Shown piece by piece: positions 33,019 through 42,529 of a stretch of 64,000 nt of DNA. Position numbers and translations under genes: made by a program. The first letter of the stretch is position 1. Every line of letters starts with the position of its first letter. The notes under the pieces were generated by a model. It had not been told where the DNA came from, did not search any database, and saw only the letters and a list, made by a program, of their open reading frames with translations. Origin of the DNA: an uncultured Alphaproteobacteria bacterium. Lineage in GTDB: Bacteria > Pseudomonadota > Alphaproteobacteria > Rs-D84. The stretch lies in NCBI GenBank assembly GCA_951801825.1, contig CATOOF010000001.1, positions 380,132 through 444,131 on the forward strand. The letters are read 5' to 3'.

Positions 33019-33552
33019 TTATGATATTTGCTTGATATGCTTTTGTGCGGCCATATACAGTAATATTTTTTGCCGCATCTGATGCGGTTCGATGTCTTTG
33101 GCCGCATGTGCGTTTGTTTTGTCTTTTTGTTTATAGCGCTCAATCTGTGTGTTTATGATACGCATTGCGTCGCCTATTTGTTTGGCGCGTGCCGAGTTCC
33201 ATTCGTGTCGCTGTTCAGGATTGCAATCCAGTTTTTTGTCCTTGTTTGCATTTGTCATTATAATCTGGGACCATTTTGCGTTATGTGCGGCAAAAATCTG
33301 ATTTAAATACATTGCCGCCGGGTTTGATTTATCCTTGGCACCAATCATTGACTTTATCTGTTGCAGTGCCTTGAACCAGGCCGCGCCCAGATTTTGTTCG
33401 CCCTGTGCCCAATTTGCCCCGGATAATCCAAAGAACAGATTAAAATAAGCATCGGAAAGTTGTTTTTTGTCTGCCTTTTCTAACTGTTTTTCTGGCGTGC
33501 CGGCGTTTTTCCCCATTAAGATTGCCATGTTTTCCTGTATTTCCGGATTCAT
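33019..33552 (-). CDS. Hypothetical protein (177 aa)
   Basis: Clean ORF, convergent with ldh and sharing its terminator. Confidence 0.45.
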   Translation of the reverse strand: MNPEIQENMAILMGKNAGTPEKQLEKADKKQLSDAYFNLFFGLSGANWAQGEQNLGAAWFKALQQIKSMIGAKDKSNPAAMYLNQIFAAHNAKWSQIIMTNANKDKKLDCNPEQRHEWNSARAKQIGDAMRIINTQIERYKQKDKTNAHAAKDIEPHQMRQKILLYMAAQKHIKQIS

Positions 33553-33782
33553 TTTGCCACCTCTTTATTCTTTCTTTTTATATGTAGGCCGCGGCATAGG
33601 ACTTTTCAAGTATCATGTCAAGATAATCTTTTTTTTGACATTATTCCTATTGAGTGCCACCCTATATGTGTTCGTGTCATAAAAACGTGTCTGTTGCCAA
33701 GAATGGGCGGGCATGGATGCGGACCCCGGTCTTGCCAATAATGGGGGCTGTGGACTTCATCAAAGAACAAGGAGTTATACTG

Positions 33783-34952
33783 ATGAAAAAATCTATTAAG
33801 CTGGCGATGGTAACGACAATGTTGGCGGCGCCGGCAATGGCGGACACTGTTCCGATGCCATATAACACATTGAATTCAAACATGGAAAACCCGCTGTATA
33901 TGCCGGGCAAGCGTGTTTTTTATTCTAAACTGTCAAATGGCCTGATGTTAAAGGTTGCAGACGATTCCCAGGCGCACAAGGACAAGCACCACGACGGCGC
34001 GGTAGAGTTCCCGATTATCCGTATCCAGGAAGAAATGGGTTATGGTATTACCGATCGTTTGGCGGCACATTTCTCGGTTCAGTACACACACGACGACGAT
34101 ATTCAGCGTACCGGTCTGTCTGCGGGTCGCTTGGGGCTGACATATCGCTTGCTGAACCTGTATAACGGTTTTGTATGGGATATTTATGGTGATTTGCACT
34201 TGGGCGGCTTGGGTGAAATGCGCGGCCAGTATAATATCTCTGGCGACGCCGAAGTGGCTCAGAATACAATGGCACAGCAGATGCCTGCGATTATGGCTGA
34301 CAAATTAACACCAGAAAAGGCCGCAGAGAATGCATTAGGTGCGGCTTTGCTGAATGCGCATGGTGTAATCGATTATGATAACTATTCCAATGGTATGTGG
34401 GGTTTCCATGTCGGTACCAAGGTGGGTAAGGTTTGGGATAAATTAACAACATCCGCATTTGTTGAAGTATTGCGTACATTTGGTGACGATAACAGCCGTA
34501 TTCGCATTGCGGGCAGCAACACACCGATTTTGCCGGGCTATTCGACTGCGCTGGTTTTGGCACTTAAGGGGGCGCCATCTGAAATTGCCGCAGAATTCAA
34601 ATCCACGACAGAGGTTAATGCCGGCTTGAACGCGTTCTATCAGTGGACGTCGAAATGGTCGACCGGTGCATGGTTCCGCTATGAACATCATGCCGACCAG
34701 GGCATAGAAAAAATCACAACCAAGGTTGCGCCTGATTTGGAACCGGTAAAAAAGGCGTTGGAAAACAAGCTGTCGGATATGAACGACGGATTTGATGATT
34801 ATATCATCGGTTTGTCCCTTGCGCATCAGTTCACAGAACATGCCCAGGTTGCATTGTATGGCGAATACACGTTTGACACGGCGCACGAACGTTCCCAGAA
34901 CGGTACGGATGCCAAGGTTGAGGCCGGTGTTCGCGTGAACTTTAAGTTCTAA
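33783..34952 (+). CDS. Outer-membrane beta-barrel (porin-like) protein
   Basis: SD AAGGAG, signal peptide MKKSIKLAMVTTMLAAPAMA, C-terminal ...GVRVNFKF. Paralogous to 35071..36177. Confidence 0.65.
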   Translation: MKKSIKLAMVTTMLAAPAMADTVPMPYNTLNSNMENPLYMPGKRVFYSKLSNGLMLKVADDSQAHKDKHHDGAVEFPIIRIQEEMGYGITDRLAAHFSVQYTHDDDIQRTGLSAGRLGLTYRLLNLYNGFVWDIYGDLHLGGLGEMRGQYNISGDAEVAQNTMAQQMPAIMADKLTPEKAAENALGAALLNAHGVIDYDNYSNGMWGFHVGTKVGKVWDKLTTSAFVEVLRTFGDDNSRIRIAGSNTPILPGYSTALVLALKGAPSEIAAEFKSTTEVNAGLNAFYQWTSKWSTGAWFRYEHHADQGIEKITTKVAPDLEPVKKALENKLSDMNDGFDDYIIGLSLAHQFTEHAQVALYGEYTFDTAHERSQNGTDAKVEAGVRVNFKF

Positions 34953-35070
34953 AAAGAAAAAATATAAACAAATATTGGACAAGTAAAAGCCCCCGCCCGG
35001 GGGCTTTTTTAATGTTTTGCGCTCAGACTTTTTTATGTTATAATGTACCTGAAAGGACTAGAGAAATATT

Positions 35071-36177
35071 ATGAAAAAATTCGGCTTCGGCGCCGCTTTG
35101 TTCGGCTTTTTATTAGGTGGGCATGGTGCGGCCATGGCGGCATACCCCGCACACCAGGCGTACCAGGCGACAAATGCCCAGGGCCAGATGGTATATCTGC
35201 CCGGGAATTCTGTCACTGTTTCAAATGGGGCGGTTATGGGGAAAAATTCTGTTGTCATTCCCAACAGTGGCAATGCCGCACCCACAACACGTATAACAGG
35301 TGCGTTGCCGCGCGTCGGCACCGCGGCCAGCAGTGCAGGGCGCCAATATTACCAGCCCGCTGATTATGATCGTCTGGCCGATAGTGGGTTGTATATCGGT
35401 GTTTCTGTTGCTTACTCCGCATCAATTATGGGCAATATTCATGCAGACTATACCGGCGAACAAAATGCATTTTTCGTTCCTGGTGCATTTAAAGATGCAG
35501 ATTTTGACTCTGATACGGTTATTCCGTTACAGCTGTCGGTTGGTGCGGCCATTAATAACGATATCCGAATAGATTTTTCGTATCTGCGTTATTCCGGCCT
35601 GGAATATCCGGGGCGTGTGGAATCATCCAATGGTGCCGGTGGCTATGTTGAAACAACAGTTGACGGTGGCGCGATAACCTCAAATGCAACAATGTTAAAC
35701 CTATATTATAACATTGATACGTTTACCGGATATATTGCCGGCGGAATGTTGCGGCCATATATCGGTGCGGGTGTTGGTATTTCGTTGAACACGATTGCGG
35801 ACTATGTCGTATATGACAATACTTTTTATTCTGAAAAAGAGCCTGCATATGCGGCGGCCGGTGAATTAACCGGTATTTCGGATATTTACGCATATCATAA
35901 CGGCGGAACCGAGGAACAGTTTGCGTTCATGCTGGAAGGCGGTGTCACAACAGAATTGGATAATGGGCTGAAACTGGACTTTTTTGCGCGCTATGCCAAC
36001 CTGGGCAAGGTAAAGACATCGGGCAGTATCATCGTATCCCAGACAGAATGGCTGGGGGATGGTGCCGGCGGCGAGGTTGTGGCCCCATATGACAGTGTTT
36101 TCCATTATACGAACTGGTATGAAAGCGGACGTATCAGCATGGTTGATGTTGGCGCACGCGTTCGACTGCAGTTCTAA
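35071..36177 (+). CDS. Outer-membrane beta-barrel (porin-like) protein, paralogue of the preceding gene
   Basis: Signal peptide, C-terminal ...GARVRLQF. Confidence 0.65.
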   Translation: MKKFGFGAALFGFLLGGHGAAMAAYPAHQAYQATNAQGQMVYLPGNSVTVSNGAVMGKNSVVIPNSGNAAPTTRITGALPRVGTAASSAGRQYYQPADYDRLADSGLYIGVSVAYSASIMGNIHADYTGEQNAFFVPGAFKDADFDSDTVIPLQLSVGAAINNDIRIDFSYLRYSGLEYPGRVESSNGAGGYVETTVDGGAITSNATMLNLYYNIDTFTGYIAGGMLRPYIGAGVGISLNTIADYVVYDNTFYSEKEPAYAAAGELTGISDIYAYHNGGTEEQFAFMLEGGVTTELDNGLKLDFFARYANLGKVKTSGSIIVSQTEWLGDGAGGEVVAPYDSVFHYTNWYESGRISMVDVGARVRLQF

Positions 36178-36246
36178 AAAGCTATTTCAGGCGTGCCGAA
36201 CATTGATGTTTCGGCGCGCTTAGTAAATACAACCGGGCGAGAGAGA

Positions 36247-38007
36247 ATGAGACCTAAATCCATAATTTCATATTATTCATTATTGGCCGGATTGCTGGCT
36301 GTTTCGCCGGCGGCGGCCGGTGTTCGCGTTGGCAATTTATCGCGCAGTTATGCGGATTCTTATAATCAGGTAAACGGCCTCAGGATGGGGACGGTCGGTG
36401 GTGCGCATGCTGTGGACGGCCGGAATCAAAACAATTCAGCTCCAGTGACGGGGCCTGTTGTTAATGGGGCGGGTGTTACGTCTGCGATTGATAATACGGG
36501 GGCAACCGTGTCATTGCCAATTCGTGTGGCAAATGCCGATTTGGCAAAGCGTATTGGTCTGGGTGAAACTGTTGGTCGTGTAAACATGGGAACCTTGGAA
36601 TCGTGCAGTCGGATTTACCCTGATGGCGATTTTGCATGGGATACCCCGACCGGCGGTGTTGGTGCGGGCGGTGCCCAGACATGCGTCGCCGTGGTTGAAA
36701 TGCGGGCTGTTAATGCCGATGGTCGCGGCACGGACGAAGTTCTGGCGCGTGTTAATCTGGCCGCGGGCGACAGTATAAAGTGTAATATATCCGAATTTCC
36801 GGAATACAGTTATCTCGATGCCGCGACCAAGATAGAGTTCCCCGCCGACCGAGAGCCCACGATGGACGACGTAATTGCCCAGATGAATAAAGAACAGAAA
36901 CAAAATGCGGGCTTAAAAATTGCGGCCGGTGCGATAATAGGTGGCATTGGCGGAAATATGGCCGGCAAGCCAGAGCGTGGTTCCGACAGTCTGCTGGGGA
37001 CCGGCAAGGGCAAGATGCAGGGTGCGGCCATTGGGGCGTTGTCTGGGGCGGCGATAATGGCGGGTAATTCATATGCCGGCAAGGTTGGCGGTGATGTCAT
37101 ATTGTCTACGGGGGTAAATGCGGCCGCCGGCGGCGTTATGGGTAACATCATGGCATCGGGCAACAGTGTTTTGCGTGTCGAAGAATGTGATGTAAACGGC
37201 GTAAAGCAGAGTTGTTTGTGGGGTTCTGTTATCAAAACCAAGGATTGGAGCCTTAACGATGCAGATGGCAACCCAGACAAGACCGCGTATTACAACATCT
37301 CTTCGCGTGAGGTTTATGAGTGCGATGTTAATGGCAAACAGTGTAAACCAAAGAGTCTTGCAAACATTGTTCTGGCTGGAAATATAAAGGTTTCATCCAC
37401 CGGGCTGTCTGCAAAAGATACCGCCAAGATAAAAAGTAATTCCGAAAACTTGTTTGGTATAGCAAGATCTGCAGACGATCCGACGGCCGGCATGGTTGCC
37501 ACGCCCTATAACGAGGCCATGCACAGTAATACTGGCATGCTGGTAAAGATAGAGTCTGCATCCGAAGAAGAGGGCATGCCCATTCGTGCCATAATTCCGG
37601 GTGTAAATAACAAGACATTTGGACTTAAAGCCGAAGACTGGGCCGGTATGAACAAGGCTGGCCTCCAGGTGTGGGGGCGTGACTATAACGGTGATGCATA
37701 CGCCTTGGACAAGAATGAATACACTATTGATAATTTTCGCCCGTTGACAATTGATGCAGAAGATGGCGGCATAATTGATATCAGCAACAAGGCGCGCATG
37801 AAGAGCACATTGACCGGTGCCGGTATCGGCGGTGCCATGGGTGGATTTGTCGGATACCAGGGTGCCCAGAGTGATATTGACCAGCGCTGGGTCAGCGAGG
37901 TTCGCAACTATAATGACTCGCTTGGGCGGGTGTATTGCATAACCGGGCGTCGTTATATGGGGCGCTATAATGACATGGTAATTATTCCGTCAATGTCAGA
38001 ACAGTAA
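36247..38007 (+). CDS. Large secreted Gly-rich protein with glycine-zipper-like segments (hypothetical surface/toxin-like protein)
   Basis: ATG 36247 with signal peptide MRPKSIISYYSLLAGLLAVSPAAAG. GxxxG repeats (AGAIIGGIGGNMAG...GAAIGALSGAAIMAG). Confidence 0.55.
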   Translation: MRPKSIISYYSLLAGLLAVSPAAAGVRVGNLSRSYADSYNQVNGLRMGTVGGAHAVDGRNQNNSAPVTGPVVNGAGVTSAIDNTGATVSLPIRVANADLAKRIGLGETVGRVNMGTLESCSRIYPDGDFAWDTPTGGVGAGGAQTCVAVVEMRAVNADGRGTDEVLARVNLAAGDSIKCNISEFPEYSYLDAATKIEFPADREPTMDDVIAQMNKEQKQNAGLKIAAGAIIGGIGGNMAGKPERGSDSLLGTGKGKMQGAAIGALSGAAIMAGNSYAGKVGGDVILSTGVNAAAGGVMGNIMASGNSVLRVEECDVNGVKQSCLWGSVIKTKDWSLNDADGNPDKTAYYNISSREVYECDVNGKQCKPKSLANIVLAGNIKVSSTGLSAKDTAKIKSNSENLFGIARSADDPTAGMVATPYNEAMHSNTGMLVKIESASEEEGMPIRAIIPGVNNKTFGLKAEDWAGMNKAGLQVWGRDYNGDAYALDKNEYTIDNFRPLTIDAEDGGIIDISNKARMKSTLTGAGIGGAMGGFVGYQGAQSDIDQRWVSEVRNYNDSLGRVYCITGRRYMGRYNDMVIIPSMSEQ

Positions 38008-38015
38008 AATGCATT

Positions 38016-38042
38016 GCCCCCGCAACGGCGGGGGATTTTTTT
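38016..38042 (+). terminator. Intrinsic terminator after 36247..38007
   Basis: CCCCCGC/GCGGGGG stem plus T7. Confidence 0.75.
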
Positions 38043-38094
38043 ATAGCATTTAACGCACAAATAGGATATGGTGCCACTTGTAATAGGGAACCTA

Positions 38095-38265
38095 TTATGC
38101 GAGATTAGTACTCTCGCCCAACAACCGCCTGCGCAGGCGTAAAATGCCAATCCCATCCCGGGGGTTGGATGCGGTGAATATATGGAATAAGCCGTAAGCA
38201 TGTTGTTGTGCGAAGTACTAACTTCAGCCCCCGCCCTGTATTACATGGCGGCTTTTATATTTTCG
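38095..38265 (+). promoter_or_regulatory. Degenerate leader-family-like unit (C1) ending in a CCGCC/GGCGG terminator (38231-38265)
   Basis: Contains CCCAACAACC, GGGGGTTGGATG and CCCCCGCCCTGTATTACATGGCGG plus T-run, resembling the X/Y/terminator layout of copies A and B. Confidence 0.3.
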
Positions 38266-38282
38266 TAAAATATTATGGCAAT

Positions 38283-38504
38283 GCCATAATCTCGAATATA
38301 TAATTTGGTGTGGCGCGTAATGGAAAAAACTGTTACCAGCGCGAGGCGTAGAAAACCTCAAGTACACGATCGCCTGTTGTGTTACGGGCGTTAAACTTCC
38401 AACCCGTGGTTGGAGGCGGGTCTTATATATTGAAAGGACCCGGGCAATTCATAGTGTATTGTTTTTCTACCCTCCAACCACCAATGTTTTCAGGTGGTTT
38501 TTTG
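38283..38504 (+). promoter_or_regulatory. Leader family copy C2: 17-bp palindrome TTATGGCA-A-TGCCATAA overlapping the -35, -10 TATAAT (38309-38314), structured leader with TCCAACC-CGT-GGTTGGAGG hairpin, CCTCCAACC, terminator AACCACC/GGTGGTT plus T-run (38476-38504)
   Basis: Homology to copy A in the segments AAACTTCCAACCCGTGGTTGGAGGCGGGTCTTATATATTG and CCTCCAACC-terminator. Followed by SD GGGGGAGAG and an ATG. Confidence 0.5.
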
Positions 38505-38530
38505 TTAAAGCCTAACAGGGGGAGAGACCG

Positions 38531-38809
38531 ATGAAAAAGAAAGCCGCTGAAAATGCGTTTGCGCCCGATTCCAACGAATTGAAAAGAGAAAGTGGGGTAA
38601 ATATACCGGAATCAGAATTTCCGGCGCCATTGATTTATAAACTATCAGAATTTTATCGACGCTGGCCGGATTATCCGACGGGCATTGTTGAAATAGCCAT
38701 CCTCGCGCGTATTTTGCATACTGAAATGGACAAGTTTTTACATCGGCCGCATAAACAGGTAACGCAAATATATTTCGACTGTGATGCCGCCGACAAACAT
38801 TTGGTATAA
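38531..38809 (+). CDS. Hypothetical protein (92 aa) downstream of leader copy C2
   Basis: SD GGGGGAGAG, terminated by the bidirectional terminator. Confidence 0.5.
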   Translation: MKKKAAENAFAPDSNELKRESGVNIPESEFPAPLIYKLSEFYRRWPDYPTGIVEIAILARILHTEMDKFLHRPHKQVTQIYFDCDAADKHLV

Positions 38810-38812
38810 AAA

Positions 38813-38841
38813 ATCCCCCGCTGTTGCGGGGGGATTTTTTT
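38813..38841. terminator. Bidirectional terminator shared with the convergent ferredoxin gene
   Basis: CCCCCGC/GCGGGGG stem flanked by A/T runs. Confidence 0.7.
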
Positions 38842-39022
38842 ACTTCGCATCCGGTGCGATTGCCGCCACCGGGCAAATTGCTGCACATGTGCCGCATGAT
38901 ATGCATTTTGCTGGGTCGATAACACATTTGCCATCAGGGCCGACAGATATTGCCATAACCGGGCATGCCCCCATGCACGTATGGCATGCGATACATTTTG
39001 CCGGATCAATTTTATATGCCAT
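38840..39022 (-). CDS. 2x[4Fe-4S] ferredoxin (60 aa)
   Basis: Two CxxCxxCxxxCP motifs (CIACHTCMGACP, CISCGTCAAICP). Confidence 0.88.
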   Translation of the reverse strand: MAYKIDPAKCIACHTCMGACPVMAISVGPDGKCVIDPAKCISCGTCAAICPVAAIAPDAK

Positions 39023-39034
39023 TTTGTATACTCC

Positions 39035-39751
39035 TTAATTACGATTCATCAGGCTTAACAAATATTGGAACATTGCCACAAACGATATATACATATGCAG
39101 TGCCCCCAGCACAGCCAGCTGGTTGCGCTGTTTTTCGTCTTGTGTAACCGCATATGCGCGTTTCAGCGTCTGCATGTCCAGCGCCGTAAACAGCGCAAAC
39201 ACCAATACACCGATTAAGCATACGATTGTTGCAAATGTACTGCCCAGGGGCCATATAAACGATGCAACACCGACCAGAATCAGGCCGATCATGCCCATTT
39301 GTAAGAATATGCCCATAAAGGATAAATCTTTTACCGTTTTATATCCGAACAATGCCATTGCACCGAACATCAGCGCCGCAATAATGAATGCATACAGTAT
39401 CGACAGCGGATTAATCGCCAGTGCACCCCAAATCAGCGGTGTCATGCCAAATCCCATTAATACGGCATACAGCGCCAACAGCCCCGCCGCCGTTCCAGGT
39501 TTCAGCGAGAATGCACGCACCTGGGCCCATATTGACAGTGCCAATGCGCCGAATATAACGATGTAGAACAGTGCCGACATTCCGCCTTCATTTACCAACA
39601 GGCGAATTCCACCACCATATATCGTAAACCAGGACACCAATGCCGACAGCCCCACCGCCCCAAACATCAGTGCAAAGATTCTTTTAAAATACAGCTCTAT
39701 CCCGCCGCCATTTTGTGCGGAAAGAAGTTTTTTGGTATTTTTTTCCACCAT
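39035..39751 (-). CDS. Bax inhibitor-1/YccA family membrane protein
   Basis: Seven TM helices, conserved C-terminal region (...QDEKQRNQLAVLGALHMYISFVAMFQ). Confidence 0.75.
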   Translation of the reverse strand: MVEKNTKKLLSAQNGGGIELYFKRIFALMFGAVGLSALVSWFTIYGGGIRLLVNEGGMSALFYIVIFGALALSIWAQVRAFSLKPGTAAGLLALYAVLMGFGMTPLIWGALAINPLSILYAFIIAALMFGAMALFGYKTVKDLSFMGIFLQMGMIGLILVGVASFIWPLGSTFATIVCLIGVLVFALFTALDMQTLKRAYAVTQDEKQRNQLAVLGALHMYISFVAMFQYLLSLMNRN

Positions 39752-39824
39752 TTATTTTCTCCTTGTTATTTGGATTATATATAATATAATTTGCGCAGAA
39801 ATTCAAGAATAAAAGGAAAATATA

Positions 39825-40076
39825 ATGAACATTGCACCTGTCAGAACAATAAAAGTGACAGACACATTGGGCCATCCAGCTCCAGATGAGATAATGTCAA
39901 TGGAAAGTCATAAACGGCGCAAGAATGTATTGACTGCATTGGATGCAATACTGGTTCAGCGTAATCGGGAATTACAGGAAGAACTGGTAAAACCAAATCC
40001 GGATAAGGAATATATTGCAAGACGTATTGCTATAATAAATAATATTAAAAATACCCTTCGGGCGGCTCAACGATAA
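39825..40076 (+). CDS. Small hypothetical protein (83 aa)
   Basis: ORF with SD-like AAAGGAAAA upstream. Confidence 0.4.
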   Translation: MNIAPVRTIKVTDTLGHPAPDEIMSMESHKRRKNVLTALDAILVQRNRELQEELVKPNPDKEYIARRIAIINNIKNTLRAAQR

Positions 40077-40086
40077 AATATTTTTT

Positions 40087-40911
40087 ATGGCAATCACTAT
40101 AAATCCAATTTCTCCGGTTGCATTTTCCATATTTGGACTGGATATCAGATGGTATGCGCTGGCGTATATCGCTGGGTTTATAATTGGCTATTTTCTTTTC
40201 AAATATCTGGCATCCCGCCGCAATAGCGGTGTTTGTATATCCAAAAAGCAAATGGATGACCTGCTTACCTATGTTATATTGGGTGTTATTCTGGGCGGCC
40301 GTCTGGGGTATGTGCTGTTTTATAATCTGCCGTTTTTCCTGGCACATCCGTTGGAAATATTTGCCGTATGGCACGGCGGGATGAGTTTTCATGGCGGCCT
40401 GATTGGTGTAATTGCCGCCACATTTCTGGCCGGGCGGAAAATGAAAATTAATCCGTGGCGCATGTTGGATTTAATGGCGGTTGTCGGGCCTATTGGATTG
40501 TTCTTTGGCCGTATTGCGAATTTTATAAATATGGAGGTTATGGGCCGTCCCACGTCGAACCCCTGGGGGGTTGTGTTTGCTGGTACTGGCGATGTAATCC
40601 CGCGTCACCCAAGCCCCTTGTACGAGGCCGCAACCGAGGGTGCGCTGCTGTTTATTATAATGCTGTGCCTGTATTGTTTTACCGGTCTGCGTCGTCGTCC
40701 GGGGGCGCTGGCGGGAATGTTGGGTATGTTGTATGCAGTATTTAGAATCTTTTGCGAACAGTTTCGCGCCCCCGATGTTCAGATTGGTTTCTTGACCAGC
40801 TGGGGGCTAACCATGGGTCAGTTGCTGTCGGCGGCAATGTTTGCGGCCGGTGCGGTAATTTTTTCTATTTCGCTAAAGCGCAAACAAGTAGGGACGGATT
40901 GTAGTAAATGA
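40087..40911 (+). CDS. lgt: Prolipoprotein diacylglyceryl transferase
   Basis: Lgt signature region ...RHPSPLYEA... and TM topology. Confidence 0.9.
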   Translation: MAITINPISPVAFSIFGLDIRWYALAYIAGFIIGYFLFKYLASRRNSGVCISKKQMDDLLTYVILGVILGGRLGYVLFYNLPFFLAHPLEIFAVWHGGMSFHGGLIGVIAATFLAGRKMKINPWRMLDLMAVVGPIGLFFGRIANFINMEVMGRPTSNPWGVVFAGTGDVIPRHPSPLYEAATEGALLFIIMLCLYCFTGLRRRPGALAGMLGMLYAVFRIFCEQFRAPDVQIGFLTSWGLTMGQLLSAAMFAAGAVIFSISLKRKQVGTDCSK

Positions 40912-40967
40912 AAAATTACAATTGCGTTTTAAAAAAAATAGGATAAAATATTTTGGTATAAAGTTTC

Positions 40968-41057
40968 GGATGGTTGGCAGAGCGGTCGAATGCGGCGGTC
41001 TTGAAAACCGTTGAGGGTGCAAGCCCTCCGGGGGTTCGAATCCCTCACCATCCGCCA
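40968..41057 (+). tRNA. tRNA-Ser (anticodon TGA), long variable arm
   Basis: GGATGGTTGGCAGAGCGGTCGAATGC...CTTGAAAA...long extra arm...GGTTCGAATCCCTCACCATCCGCCA. Followed by a terminator hairpin at 41086-41115. Confidence 0.9.
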
Positions 41058-41184
41058 GGAATCAGTTATATTTTGAATATGTAAACATATCACGCGCAGG
41101 GCCCCGGAAAATTGGGGCGTTTTATTTATAACTCATCCATGGTATATCGTGAATTTTTAGAAAACGGCAAATAAAAAACACTTT

Positions 41185-41470
41185 CTATACATTGGCCTTT
41201 TTCGCCCTGGCAGTAGGTTTCGGGATTATATTTGATGCTTTGGTGCAATGGCAAAGATTTTCACCACACTGCACGGCATCAAATAATTCCTGGGGTATGA
41301 TTGGGGCATGTTCGCCACGGGCGGTGGTGCCGGTAACCTTGCACTCAACATAACCCAGATATATCTTACTGCGTAGCATTCTGTGCAATGCCATTTTCTT
41401 GATTGGATTCCCGCCAATAACGCGACCGCCGTGCGTCGCCCATTTCTTGGCATAAATCCCGATGGTGGGC
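41185..41470 (-). pseudogene. Remnant of a large serine recombinase (recombinase domain only; no resolvase catalytic domain, frame disrupted)
   Basis: Translation ...KKMALHRMLRSKIYLGYVECKVTGTTARGEHAPIIPQELFDAVQ matches the Recombinase-domain block (NPxYxG ... HEPIIsxELFexVQ) of large serine recombinases. Sits immediately next to the tRNA-Ser 3' end. Confidence 0.5.
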
Positions 41471-41653
41471 AGGTGTGGGAGAAAATAGAATGTGCAGAGT
41501 TAGAACCTGAGCCGGAACAATTGGATTTGTTTAAATAACACTTCCTTTCTCATAACGGTAGCTCCCGCTTTATTAGCTGTAACGCTTGTTAGGATTTTCC
41601 GGTGTAATAAATTCTATTGAAGTCCCGTAGTGTTTCTTTAGCAATATAACGCG

Positions 41654-42406
41654 TCAAATATAATGTATCGTGTATATAAGCTGTGTTGGCTGTTTGACGG
41701 ACAGTATTCCTGATAGGAGAGGTTGGCGTGAAACAGACTTCATAATATTTTTTAGTAATTCTTCTTTGCCAAAAAAATTTTTAAGGGGGAATATTTGCTC
41801 ATTATTTTTTATAGCTAAGATATCTAAGTGTATCTCTGTCTCATTATCATCGCATTTTTTTAAGGTCAGTATAGTTGCATTTGTATTCAGAGTTAGGTAA
41901 TAATCAGACTTTGTTCCTAAATCCTTATTGGCAGCACAGCTCATACATACTGCAAGTAAAGCAATGATAATATTTGAATTCAACTGCATTATATTATTAG
42001 AGTCTATGCTGATAATTTGTAATGACGGATCACTAGTGCCCCCTATAATGTTGAAATTGCTAGGAATTGATTTTCCATGATGGATGTGACATCGAAATAT
42101 ATGATACACAATTTCAGCCAAATCTGGCCCAAAGCATCCACCTACAACACGTCCTTTTTCATCCGTTATTTTTATACCTGGATAAAATTTCCAAGCCTCA
42201 CATTCTGGTAATCCCATAAAAGGTTCCATAATCCAGTAATAATTGCGTAGTAAATTTATATAGTCGTATCTTGAAATATAATCTTTGTTATACCAGTTTC
42301 TAGCAGTTCCTTCTATTGCCAATGTTGCAAAGTTAAATGCGGCTGTGAAATCTTGGGTGTTATAGGCATCAAGTGAGCGTTCTATGTTTCGAATTAATTC
42401 GGTCAT
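41654..42406 (-). CDS. Hypothetical protein (250 aa), AT-rich island cargo
   Basis: Clean ORF in a ~33% GC region. No recognisable motif. Confidence 0.45.
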   Translation of the reverse strand: MTELIRNIERSLDAYNTQDFTAAFNFATLAIEGTARNWYNKDYISRYDYINLLRNYYWIMEPFMGLPECEAWKFYPGIKITDEKGRVVGGCFGPDLAEIVYHIFRCHIHHGKSIPSNFNIIGGTSDPSLQIISIDSNNIMQLNSNIIIALLAVCMSCAANKDLGTKSDYYLTLNTNATILTLKKCDDNETEIHLDILAIKNNEQIFPLKNFFGKEELLKNIMKSVSRQPLLSGILSVKQPTQLIYTIHYI

Positions 42407-42529
42407 TTATTTATTCTTTTAGCTATGTATATAGGGATATTTTTGATAGGTTACAAGGTATATTCTTTTACAAGAAATCTACGACAAATGATATCGTAAG
42501 GATGTAATTTGTAAAAAGAACAGTAGGTG

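Noticed and set aside
36476-37907. Minus-strand ORFs inside the Gly-rich secreted protein gene
   Set aside because: Pro/His-rich reverse-complement translations of GGN-rich coding sequence.
38040-38520. tmRNA, RNase P RNA or 6S RNA in the 480-bp intergenic region
   Set aside because: No tag-peptide reading frame, no RNase P P4 consensus (AGGAAAGTCC...), no tRNA-like 3' end. The similarity to the leader family explains the structure better.
41226-41453. Alternative-frame 75-aa ORF over the serine recombinase remnant
   Set aside because: Pro/Arg-rich, no motif. The other frame carries the recognisable recombinase-domain block.
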